This document shows positions 32,762 through 44,384 of a stretch of 64,000 nt of DNA, one piece after another. The notes under the pieces were generated by a model. The model ran no database searches. It saw only the letters and a program-made list of their open reading frames with translations, and had not been told where the DNA came from. The DNA lies in assembly GCA_002189035.1 (NCBI GenBank), contig CM007992.1, positions 3,224,001 through 3,288,000 on the forward strand, in the 5' to 3' direction. Source of the stretch: Utricularia gibba (taxonomy: Eukaryota > Plantae > Magnoliophyta). A program made the position numbers and the translations under genes. Numbering within the stretch: position 1 is the first letter of the stretch; each line of letters opens with the position of its first letter.

Positions 32762-34523
32762 CTAAAAGTTTCGCTGAGGATACCTATCGATTGAATCGAG
32801 CCAGGGGTTCCTCTCCGGCCGCCGGATGTGTCTAACCGCCTTCCAGGTGACACTGTTGCACTTGAACCCGGAGCCGAAGGCCAGTTGCCAGACACGGTCA
32901 CCGCGCTTGACGCGCTCCTTAGCTTCCAGGTACGCGAGCTCGTACCAGATGCTGCTGCTGGATGTGTTCCCGAATCGGTGGAGTGTAGCGCGCGACGCCT
33001 CCAAGTTTTCGTCGCTCAGTTTCAAGTTCTTCTGCAGCTCGTTGAGAGCTGTTTTGCTTGCGGCGTGCATACAGAAGTGCTCGAAAGCGAGCTTGTAGTC
33101 GGGGATGTATGGTTTCGTCGGCGGTGACTTTGCTCCGGACAGGAGTTTCCAGGCGAGGGTGGAGAAGAACAGGAGCTGCTCAGATAAGGGGAGAACCAGA
33201 GGACCAAGTGTAGTGATGTTCGTTTTAATGGCGTCCCCTGCAACTTCGATTATATCCCTGCTGATCTTCAGCCCTTTGAACCTCTCTGCATCTTCTTCTT
33301 GATAAATGCTCCTGTCAACGAATCAGTATAAATACACCAGTCGATTGATAGGACAGAGATCCAGTAGGAATCAAGCTTCAATGGGTACCTGAAGCTGCGG
33401 TCATCGGCGCCTTTGTGAGTTCGCACGATGTGCTCAAGCTTGTAATTCGCGCGATGGAAGTCGCGGCGGCGGTTGGAGAGCAGCACGGCGGAGCAGCCCA
33501 TTCGGAAGTAACAGTTTGGGATGAGCATCGATTTATCCTTCCCAGGATACCAATTGTAGCCGACCATCTCCGTGCTCACAACCACCGCGTAGTTACTGGG
33601 ATTCGCCTGCAACATATCTCTGGCCAGATCGAGGGCGATTATGCTGGCGCTGCAACCCATTCCGCCCAAATTGAAGCTCAAAATATTTCCCCTCATCTTA
33701 TACTTGTTGATCACCATCGCCGACAACGAAGGAGTCGGATTGAAGATGCTGCAGTTGACGACGAGAACCCCGATATCCTTAGGGCGGATGCGCGTTTTCT
33801 CGAACAGCTCATCCAAGGCGCCGAAAATAACTGTCGACGCCTCCGCCCGGCCTTCTTTCATCGTCACCGTGTTTTCCAGTGACCCAATTGATTTCGGAAC
33901 GTAGGTTTCGTCCCCGATGCCGGAGCTCTGCAGTATTCTCCTCTGAAACTCCACGCTTTCTTCGTCAAACTTGCCGGATTTTCTCGCCAACTCAATGAAT
34001 TCCTCCTTGCTCACCTGCATGCATGATCATCGAAATCCAGTCGGTCAAAGGATTTGGGTTTTTCAAATCCAAGCTCTGACACCCGATTAAGAGAACTCCG
34101 TACCTTGAAATCATCTGCGGGTTTGTAGCAAGCGAAATCAAGAAGATAAACCTGACGTGGGCGAGACAAGAAATAGACCGAGAGAGTTACAACCAGAAGA
34201 GCAAGAAACCCAACAATAGTAGCAAGATCGTAGCCAGCGGCGCTGTCCCAGATCTTCCGCCACAGGTCCTCCTTACTCAAACTCCCGACCTGAGCCCCAA
34301 ACACCACCACCAAAAACGGCACCGTCGCCAGGTACACCGCGTGATTCATCAAATAATGGTACCCCAGCTTCACATACTTGAGCTTCACCGAGTTCAGAAA
34401 ATCCGGCAACCTCCGGCGAACCCTAACCGAAAAGGCCATAGATCCGGCATCGGGGCCCGACGATTCCACCCCCCGGTTGAGTATCTCAGTAGACAGACCA
34501 TCGTGCTCTGCGGCGATCGCCAT
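32762..34523 (-). CDS. KCS10: 3-ketoacyl-CoA synthase 10 (FIDDLEHEAD)
   Basis: Three exons containing [56 protein letters not shown], the FDH-type HFCMHAAS, and [17 protein letters not shown]. Confidence 0.95.
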
Positions 34524-35033
34524 TCTGGATCCGCGTCTCCGTTTCGTGGGATGCAGGAGAAGGTGAAGGCCCTCTGTATTTATGGCGAGTTAAGGAAGTA
34601 GTTGGGGAGATGGCAGAGGGCTGGAGAAATGATGACGACCAAATGGGCCGGGCGAGGGAAGCAGCTACGCAGTTAGTCGCTGGTTAGCCAGCTTTAAAGA
34701 TCAACGTAGCTTCTTGGATGCATTAATGGCGAACGGTTAGGGGAGGAGCCGAGGAGGAATCTCATATTCCACCTCTGCATCATTTTCAAAACTCCGTGCA
34801 TGCCATTGCGATTGATGGCTGTGGCTCAGCGCCTCTTTTATTCTTATTTTTAATAAAATCTTATTATTCAATTTCATGATTTTTTAAAATTCTGCTCAAA
34901 ATCAATATTACAAATTTGGAAAACTTTAGATTTCGAATTGGGTTCAAAAATAGAAATTTTAGAGAAATAAAAAAAATAGTCTATTTTAAAAGTCAAAAAT
35001 TCATAATATTAATAAAAATATATTTTTAACAGT

Positions 35034-35163
35034 TTTTTGATAAGTAAAGTAAATGTAACTTATTAAATAAGTTAAGTTTTAAGTAGAAATGTAGGAAAAT
35101 TTAAATAAGTAGAAATTAAGTATAAGTTTGAATAGAAATTATAAATAAGTAAAATTAAGATGG
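35034..35163. repeat. Dispersed AT-rich repeat (MITE-like), copy A
   Basis: Near-identical to the reverse complement of 62471-62600 (tttgataagtaa.gtaaatgtaacttattaaataagtt.agttttaagtagaaatgtagg). Confidence 0.8.
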
Positions 35164-36140
35164 TTCTATAATAAATAATTTTAAATTTTAATTAAAATCA
35201 TAAATTAGAAAATAAATTGTGCAGAATATACCATAAGTGAATGAGCATTGGATGCCACTAGTTCTCATATTTTGGAGGTTTTCCTAAATCAGTCCCCAAT
35301 AATGACTGTTTACTGTTCATCTCCACTGTATTGGGGACTATTTTTACTAGAAATCAAAATATTGAGACTATCACAAATGTTAATAATGTATAAATATGGG
35401 GACCTATTGTGTCAAAACTTTGAGAACTAATTTTGTATTTTAAATAAAACTATGAAGATCAATTATGCCATTTATCGTAAACATTGAAGACTAAAGTTGC
35501 CAAAATGATAAATTTTGGAAATTTTTTTATTCATTTTTCTCATAATTGAATTCTATTAAATTAATAGTAATAGTTTTGAATAATATTTCATTTTTAATAA
35601 ACTGAAATATTTAAATTCTATTTTATTAGATTATTTCTCAAAAAAATATTTAATATTACTCGCTGATTGAGTCAAATGCAACTGAAAGCTATAGCACGAG
35701 TTGCGGGTTTACACAAATTTATTATTTTTATTTTGTGATTAAAAAAACAAAGTTATATTATTTAAAAAAATTAAATTGGAGAAGAAGACGAGTCCAAAAT
35801 GCTCTTGAATTCTATAGATTTTTTCGTTTGGGCGACTGCCGACCCTCTGTTTGTCGGATTATTTGCATTATCTGCTTAATAAATATTTATTTCAATCATT
35901 TTGATAAAATAATCGGCCCTTTTCAACAGTGTTTTAAAATAATGAGTTCAACAGGTTAGGTTTGAACTGATATTTCAGTGAGTTGGATCTAATTATATTG
36001 TTATTAAAAAAACTTTAAAAAATAATTATATATTGTTTATTTTATTTTCTTATTTTTTTAATTTTTTTACTGGGTGAAAAGCAAATAGAAAATATGTTGT
36101 AAATATTTGACGTATATATTTTAAATAAATCTTTAATAAT

Positions 36141-36161
36141 TATATATATATATATATATAT
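36141..36161. repeat. (TA)n microsatellite
   Basis: TA run read directly. Confidence 0.9.
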
Positions 36162-36722
36162 TTGTATTAATAATATAAATTACTGATTTAGATTTGGATT
36201 ACACATTATTTGAATAAAATATGGAATGATCAAGATGACTTTTATATTTTTAATATTTTGATAGATTAAGTTATAATTTTATAATTATATTCTAATATTT
36301 TTGATAAGTACAATTAAAAATTAATGAATCCAAAACCATAAATAAACGTTCAATCTATTTAAGCCATTTTTAAAACACTTATTTTCAAATTTGGGCCCCA
36401 AAATATTGCATTCTATTTTAAAAAATGGTCATTAATTTAATTTTCTTATTTTATGTCTTGTGGGGTGAGTTAAATAGGAATAATTATTAAGACTAGCGCA
36501 ATTAAAACCTAATATTTTTGCAAAAGAAAAAAGAAAAATAAAAAGCTGGTTCTGGACTAAGGTTCTAGGGCTAATGGTTCGGAAGCTACAGCGCAGCACA
36601 AGATGAACATGCAGAAACTTGACGACGCTACTTCATGTCTGTCTAAGCAGCCAAAATTGACTCCTCCTCCTCCTCCTGCTTCTCTCTCTCTCGAGTCCCA
36701 AAATGGAGAATCTTCAGACCTA

Positions 36723-37278
36723 TCAGAAGGTGGATTTGCTGCATGATTCCCGAGGTGCATTGCACCTGAAGCACTCCATCCTGCTCGCGAAGTTGTGCTC
36801 GTTGCAGCCCAGTCTGCAGCACCCATTCTTTCATCGTTTAGAATCACTCAACTTACTGGAAAAGTAGCTGCGATTTAAAGCATACAGAGGGAGGGTTCGT
36901 TCACCTTGAGCAAATCCAGTCGCCGGACTTCCACCCGGAGCGGCTGCCACCGCCACCGCCGAGGACACCGTTGCCGAAGACGAAGCTCCGGACGCGGGAG
37001 AATTCCGCGTCGAAGCCAAGTCCGGGTTCTTCCTTTAGAGCTCCGCATTTGAAGCAGCTGGAGCGGCTAGCGAAGTTGTGCGCGCCGCAGTTCCCCACGG
37101 CGCAGTACCAATCGCCGGGCCTGACGTCAGGGCCGGTGAAGGCGAATGCAGCCGCGCCGCCCCTGGAGCCGAAGCCGTCGCCGGGGCGAGGATCGCCGCA
37201 ACGCTGGCAAGAGTCGCGCCGCTGGAAGTTGAGATGGTGGCATGAACTGCAGTTCCAATCTCCTGGTCTACTGCTCAT
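36723..37278 (-). CDS. RanBP2-type zinc-finger protein (three fingers)
   Basis: Two exons (37278-36905 and 36813-36723) give RPGDWNCSSCHHLNFQRRDSCQRC, RPGDWYCAVGNCGAHNFASRSSCFKC and KSGDWICSR|LGCNEHNFASRMECFRC. Confidence 0.92.
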
Positions 37279-38477
37279 TTCCGGCGTCTCTCTCTGCAAA
37301 GACGATGCTCATCAAACCATTGAATTCTGTATAATTATATACTTGAGAACTCAGGCACCCTTCTCGAGGCCAATATTTTTGCTAATTTTTAATAATTTAT
37401 ATTATATGAAAGTAAAATTACTATTCTATTATATTATTAATTTCTAATATTCAAATCTCATAATTTTACATCATTTTCATGTTCATATAAAATTAAGATA
37501 GTTATTCTATTGAATCACATTTATTCTTTCATTATCTTAATATTGTCAGCAAGCACCTTACCTAACAAATAATTTATTTTTTCAACATCTTAAAATATAA
37601 TTAAAACTTATTTATGTATTAAATGAATTTTGGCTGGTAGGCAACCTTGGCTGGCCGGAACTTTCATTATTAAATTCATTTTTTTTAAAAAAACATCGAT
37701 TTTAGCGTAAAAAGAGTGAACAAAGAAAAGGAAAAGAATAAAGAAAAAGAAAAAAGATTAAAGCCCTGCTTTTAAGGACATACGTCGTAGTAGAGGTGGT
37801 GGAAAAAAAGGAAAATTGCAAAAAAATATATTTATCTACAGGATTTTATTTTTAAAAAATAGCATATTTTCTAAAAATAGAAGTCACATTTTGGATCGCT
37901 AATTAAATGTAATTATCAAATTAATAATCCATTTTAATTGATTTTGGTGAATATTAATAAACATGAAAAATAGTTTGAGTATTAAAAGAAGAGAGAATTT
38001 CGATAAAGACATAAGTAGTAGTCTTCGAGGCCAAATTTTGACCATCTTTTCTTTTCAAGAGGCTTTTTGGGCTGTCTTGCTTTATCATCATTATTAAGAA
38101 TATTAATACTAATCTTTAAATAGTAGAACAAGGATTTTTTAATTTAATTATTAGTTCACTAGAAATGTACTTGCATGTGTATTTTTTAAATAATTTATTA
38201 ATTAAATAAAACCCCCTAATAATTTAATGATAGTGATATTTTGAATCGAAGTAATGATAAATATTTGAAGCAATTTGAATATTGAAAATATTAAAAAAAG
38301 ATAATTTTACGCTATACAAAAAACCTATTTATTTAATAATATACATTGATATAATTAAATGAGTAATATTTTTAAAAAATATTTAATTTAAAAATAAAAA
38401 AATATTTATTAATAAAAAACGAATGATTTTTAAAATAAATAAAAAAAGAAAAGAAAAGAAAAGTTGTGGCAAAGACG

Positions 38478-39846
38478 ATGTCGTTTGTTGCGCCTCTTCC
38501 GCTGTCTCGGGCTCATCGTCTTCACGCTTCGAGGCCGAGGAACCCGAGGCTCCGTTTTCGAGCTTGCTCCTCTGACGTTCCTGATTTCCTCTCCGCGGAT
38601 TGGTGATTCGTCTATTCCACTTTCCTTGCTTTTATTTTTTGTAGAGAGATCTTTAAGAGGATGCTCATTTGAAGCTGTGTGTGTGCTTGATTTTGGATTG
38701 GTTTTGAGGTCCAGATTTGTTGATTCGGTTGAAAAAAATTAAGAAATTAGGTAAGGTACTGTTGTATGTTAGGTTAAAGTGAAGAGTTTGGGGATAAGTA
38801 ATTTCGTAAGTTCTTAGTTGTTGTAGTTAGCAACACTTTCTTTCTATTGGCTGAATGAATTAGCGGAATCCAGTTTATGCTACATGATGGAGAACCTTGG
38901 TGGAAAATGGGAGGATTGGATGAATTCAGTACATTTTTTTTCGCAAGTAACTGTTGTCAAATCCCTCATTTCTTCTTGGATTTCCGTGTTTTTCAGGCTC
39001 GAGTCTAGAAACAAAGGACATTTTGGTCCACGATTGAGTGTAAAACCTGCTGATCACTGTCATCAAGTTTTGTGCCTTCTCATCCGTTGCATGATGATGA
39101 CTATGTTTTGTGCCTTTATAGTTTAGTTATGAAGAAGCTGTTAGACATCAGCTTGATGCGCTGATGTTCAACAACCAGCCTCACCCTGATCACGGCATCG
39201 AAGTAATGTACAGGGTAAATTTACCAACGCTAGATTTGTGCTTCATTCTTTCGTTCATGCAATGAATGAACTTCTTGTTCCATGTTTAAGCAGTTTGCTG
39301 GCTTTGATCCATTTCAAAGATCTACGTACTTTGGACCCTTTTTCGACTTGGGTCAGGTTGGTGCATGCTCGACCCAGCTGGTTTCTGCTGCTGTTTACTC
39401 ACTTGTGTTCCTAGCTTCAATCCCATGATGCTGCAGTTTGAAAGATTTCGACGGATCTTTCACCACTCAAGCTACAGAGTTCTTCTCTGTCATCGAGAAA
39501 GGAAGATCCTGAGCAGTCTCAACGTAAACGAGGTTCGAAACTTGGACTGTTTCAGCTTCTCTTTTGTGCAGATTCATGACCACTTCACTCGAAACAGCAT
39601 TGCTACAAGCAGCGAGTCTGGATCAGGGGTACGCGGCCGGAAGAAGAAGGAACATTTCAGTTCACCATGATTCAGGTCTGGTTCTCAGCGTTCTAGCATT
39701 GCTTACTACTAGAAATGAAAGTTGATTTGTGATAATAGCCGTCTACCAATCTGAACCAGAGAGTTGGTGGTGTGTGGGACGGTTATTGGCTGACGGAGTC
39801 TCTACTTCACGACGGAGATAGCTTTTCCGGCGGCCTGGCGTACTAA
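38478..39846 (+). CDS. Uncharacterised, probably plastid-targeted conserved protein
   Basis: Seven exons join in frame: MSFVAPLPLSRAHRLHASRPRNPRLRFRACSSDVPDFLSADW|LESRNKGHFGPRLS|FSYEEAVRHQLDALMFNNQPHPDHGIEVMYR|FAGFDPFQRSTYFGPFFDLGQ|FERFRRIFHHSSYRVLL...|...QFTMIQ|RVGGVWDGYWLTESLLHDGDSFSGGLAY*. The Arg/Ser-rich N-terminus looks like a transit peptide. Confidence 0.85.
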
Positions 39847-40504
39847 ACGGTAACCTCGCCGCCGGAGTTGTGTATATAAAATATGTCTATATTCCGTACA
39901 CGTGGTTGTAAGGAGCATCAAACTCCATGTCTGTGATGTTCACCGAACGAGGGACTTGGAACACCGGCTCAGCCTTCCAATAGCCTCCAAGCGCCGTCGA
40001 CGCGATTCCCTGCCGATGAAGGAATTGGGAACCGGTGGGCGCCCATTTCCTGCTGCTATCCACAACTCTACTGCACTTATTTCCAATCTTAGATTTGATT
40101 AATATCATTTATTTTTATTTAAATATTATAAATAAATGAATACAAAAAAAAATTTATATTTAACTAATTTAACGAATAAATGTATGTGTTCATTGACCAA
40201 TTGTAAACCCTAATTAGCTATTGACTTTAGTACCCAATTCGGGGAATAGGGTTTTAATACTTAATTACATGCGATTCAATCGATAAATAAATCAAGGAAT
40301 AGAATTAACTTATTTAAATACCATTTTTTAATTTTTTTTATTATAAGAAAATTCATGATTAAATCAAAAGAATGAATTTAATCTATTTTTAAAATAATTG
40401 TTCGAAAAAAAGCCCCTGAAATATTTATAAATAGATATTTTCTACATTAAAATATTAATCAATGTACGATCATCGTTACCTTGAAATTCAGACTTGATTC
40501 TCCT

Positions 40505-43192
40505 TCACGTCTTCAGAGGAGCTTTCTTTTCCCTATCGGAAATACGCGCAGGAGCGTTTGAGTGTGACTTGAAGCGGCCTCTGCCTCCTCCATCCTCCTT
40601 GTCCTGCAGTATCTCCCACACTCACGGTAAATTCTTACAGTTCCCAACTGAATTAACGGTACTGCTGCACTGTCTATGGTAAAGATAAGGAATAAAATGT
40701 ACCTTTTTCTTGACTATCTGCACAACATCCTCGTCCTGAAGGACGTGGCCAAGGCCACAGTGTTGTGGGTAGTGCCTAGAACTCATCCCCCACACCAGAA
40801 CGTACTTCACGTCCTTCACCAGGCTGCGATGAATGTGGTTGCAGAAATCTTCAACGGTGCATCCACCTCTGCCCTGATGGATGATCAGATGTTGCGGCGC
40901 AAATCGAGCATTTTCGGATCAAAATGATCATTCACAGAGGGTATGAAAATTGGAGAACGTACCGCAGAAAGAACTACAGGCTCTGTGAAGTCGGGCTGTT
41001 GGCCCTGAGGCTTTGTGTAGATCCTGACCAACCCCATGTCTTCCCACATCTTATCCAATAGTCTATCGAGATTCAGCTGTTGAAACGGGGAACCGTTGTG
41101 TTGGTGAGAGGCATGTGTGATGGTGTGTAGAATGGAGCAAAGGAGTGATACCTTCAAGTTACAACTGATGACAATGGAGTTTGGTTGCCTTGCTAATCTG
41201 TCTACATCGTCGATCCCGATGACATCGATTTTGTTGTATACATATACACACTTCATGTACTTGCGGTTTCCCTCAATGACATCGATGAGATCATCCACGG
41301 TTGCATCTTCACGAAACAAAACCTAAACACAACACATGTGGATGTTCACCTTATCAGGAAATCCAAGGACTTGATAATCAAATTGATCCAATCATATTGA
41401 TGGCAACACTTGGGCATCTAAAAAATAGATCAGATCTCACAGATTTAGTTTATGAATACAGGATAATATTATGGGGCAAACACATTGAAATGATTATACA
41501 GGGGAGCACGCACCTCAGCATTGTGAATCTTGTACTCGTGAAGTATCTGATAACAAAGCTTCTCATCAACATGAGTTAAGGCAAGGGTACTGTTGAAAGA
41601 AATCCCTCCAGTTTTTTTCTTCTTGAAGTATATCTGGCATCAAATGGAATAGGGATTGGTGAGCGACTCTATGGACAACAGGAGAAACTAATGTAAAATC
41701 CTCCCATGGAAGCCCACTTCGGGAATGGTCCATTTCTATGAGCATCACCTGAGGAGGTCTTTTGTTCAAGCGCAGGCCAACTGCCTCTAGTTCACGTGTT
41801 AGAATTTGTCGATGCCCTTCACTCTACGTATTAAAAAAATGAAACAAATTCAAATAAGATATCTAAAGCTATAAAAGCTGGTGACAGAACACAGCTATTG
41901 AAGATAAACTTCGTGGAAACTCATGCACTTGTCATAAGGCAAACCACCCATGGAAAGTGTATGAAGTTAAGAAAGCAAGCCAAACAACTGAGCTGAAAGG
42001 CCAAAGGAGTCACAAATAGTATGAGGATGGCATAGAAGTCATTCATAAAAGCATGTATCTGAGTGAATAAAATTGAGTTACAGCAATCAACATAAGTTTA
42101 ACGCGGGTGCTAAGCTATGGGAGAAGGCATCACGAGCTCTTACTTTTGAAGCATCAAGAACCATTAAGACAAGATCAGATGATTTGGCAACTGCAATGAC
42201 CTGCAAAAAAATCGAGGAATATTTTCCATTCACATCATTTCAACACATGCCAATAACTATTGAGGTTTATTAGCCAAAAAAAAATTGTTTTTTACCTGTC
42301 TACCGCGCCCCTTTCCTTCAGATGCGCCTTCAATAATTCCAGGGAGATCAAGAAGCTGTATTTTAGTATCATTGTAGTTAATAATACCGGGGATGCAGGT
42401 GAGTGTGGTAAACTCGTAAGATGCAGCTTCAGAATGTGTTCCGGTCAGCATGGTCAAAAGTGTTGATTTTCCAACACTGAAAAAGAAATAAAATATGGTA
42501 AAATTAAAAATGAATGTTTGAGTAACTTTCATGGAGAGAACCAACCGTTAATCGCTGTTAGAGGCCAAAATGAAAACAAAACACTTTAATAAAGCTAATT
42601 TATTGAAAAAAAAAGCAACATAACGTTTTTGTCGCAATTTCAGCCAACCTCGGAAAACCAATAAGTGCAACACGGCCATGACCAAATTTTGTAACTTCAA
42701 ATCCCTCCCCAGCTCCACTAGATCCCTGTTCCAATCATGCAAATCACACATGAAACACCGGGAAAGAATTAGAATGTGCAATGAGACCATGACTAAGAAA
42801 AAGAAGTGTACTTTTGGGGGCTCCAATAGCTGTGTCCTTAACTTGGCTATCTTCGCCTTGAGCTGACCCAAATGATATTCTGTGATGTGAAATCAGACAT
42901 CCAAAATACACGACAGTTAACTCCTACAAAATGCAAGTGAAACCACTCAATGGAAGATGCGACCCATTCAGACTATGAAAATCAGGAAGATAAGACTAAC
43001 AGTCAAGTTCTTCAACAATCTTAGTTGTTTCAACCCATGCTGTCAAGAAAACAAGACCGTACATACTCTCACTAGTATTTCTACAATCCAAAGCTGAACT
43101 CAAAAATAAAATAGGCAATAACCTGTGGCCTTGTTCTTCTGCGTCCGCGCCATCTCAGCTTCTATTTCTCTAATCTTTTCGATGATACCCAT
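40505..43192 (-). CDS. DRG2: Developmentally regulated GTP-binding protein, DRG2 subfamily
   Basis: [23 protein letters not shown]|[11 protein letters not shown]1 [29 protein letters not shown], a TGS domain, and the terminal REKKAPLKT*. Confidence 0.95.
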
Positions 43193-43535
43193 CCTCTTTG
43201 CACAATGACCTGAAAACATATACGGCACTGTGAAACAATTCCCACTCACCGAAAAAAAAAAAGCTATGTAGCGAGTAACCTCAATTCAATCTTAACCCAA
43301 CCTAAAAGAATCCGTAAAAACAAGTTCAAGTTTTCCATTCCGACCAAAACGAAACAAAACCAAAAACCACTGGACGCTTCAGAGGGAAGTAACATCGACA
43401 AATTAACTGTAAAAACACATACGAATCACTTAGCAAAGAATCTGCCGAGGAGGTGATTGGCCGAAGAGTCGTTGCCGGAAAGAGCTCAGGAGTCGAAAAG
43501 CTTCTCGCCAATTGACTTAAATACATTTCATATTA

Positions 43536-43617
43536 TGGGCCGCGGATTCTGAGCCCAATAATCTACTACGCAGGCCCAAAACGGCAATATCCGTACTTTT
43601 ATTCAGAATTGGGCCCA
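43536..43617. promoter_or_regulatory. Cluster of site II (TGGGCY) elements in the DRG2/LEUNIG divergent promoter
   Basis: TGGGCC at 43536, AGCCCA at 43552, GGCCCA at 43573, and TGGGCCCA at 43610. Confidence 0.6.
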
Positions 43618-44384
43618 TGAAGTCGTTGACCGTTGGACTCAAAAGCCTACCGAAGAATATCCAGGAAGTTGGGGATATTTTTTAAATTATCAAGGACCAA
43701 AAACAAATACTGAAGAAAAAGGGACTGATCGGTAAATACTTAAAACTACGACTCCTATATGGAAAAGGCTGCCCAAAAAGCTGAAAAGTTTAAGGAATTG
43801 ACAATTACACCTCTGGTCCGTGGCGATACATGGAATTTGTCCGGACTGGATGGTCATTTCACCAGCACTTCTCCTGCAAAATGACTTCCATCGCGAAAAT
43901 TCGACTTAGTTTGAGGGGCTTATTGTAAATATACAAACGGGGGGCCATTATGAATCTGCTGCGGCATTGTTCAGCTCACCAAACGGAGCTTAATTAACCG
44001 AATTTATTCCACTTCGCTGCTGTTCAGACAACTGCCGGTTGCGCCTGGATTTCTTGAAGAGAAAAAAAAAAGGAGGAGAATTGAAAGAGAGAGAAGCTTC
44101 TCTCATTCGTGGTGTTGGTGTTTGTGGGGTTCAAGGTAAATATAGTAACATCTGCTTGTCTGGTGTGAATATTCTAATGGTAACCGACCTTATGTTGCTC
44201 TGGTTTTTCGAGAATTCTCTGGGACCCGGTTTTTACAGCTTGTCTGAAGTTTAAGGAATGATCGGAAAGAGCTGGTCTTCACTCTTTATCTTCTTTTTTT
44301 GTGAAAAAAATATTGCTTTACCCTTTTGGAGGTTCAGAGGAGAATAAGTTGGAAGCTCAAGTGACCTTATGAGAGCTCGGAAAC

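Noticed and set aside
13770-34523. A terpenoid biosynthetic gene cluster around the two terpene synthases
   Set aside because: The window has no copalyl diphosphate synthase, cis-prenyltransferase, cytochrome P450, acyltransferase or glycosyltransferase. The neighbours are PPR and housekeeping genes, so this is a tandem pair and not a cluster.
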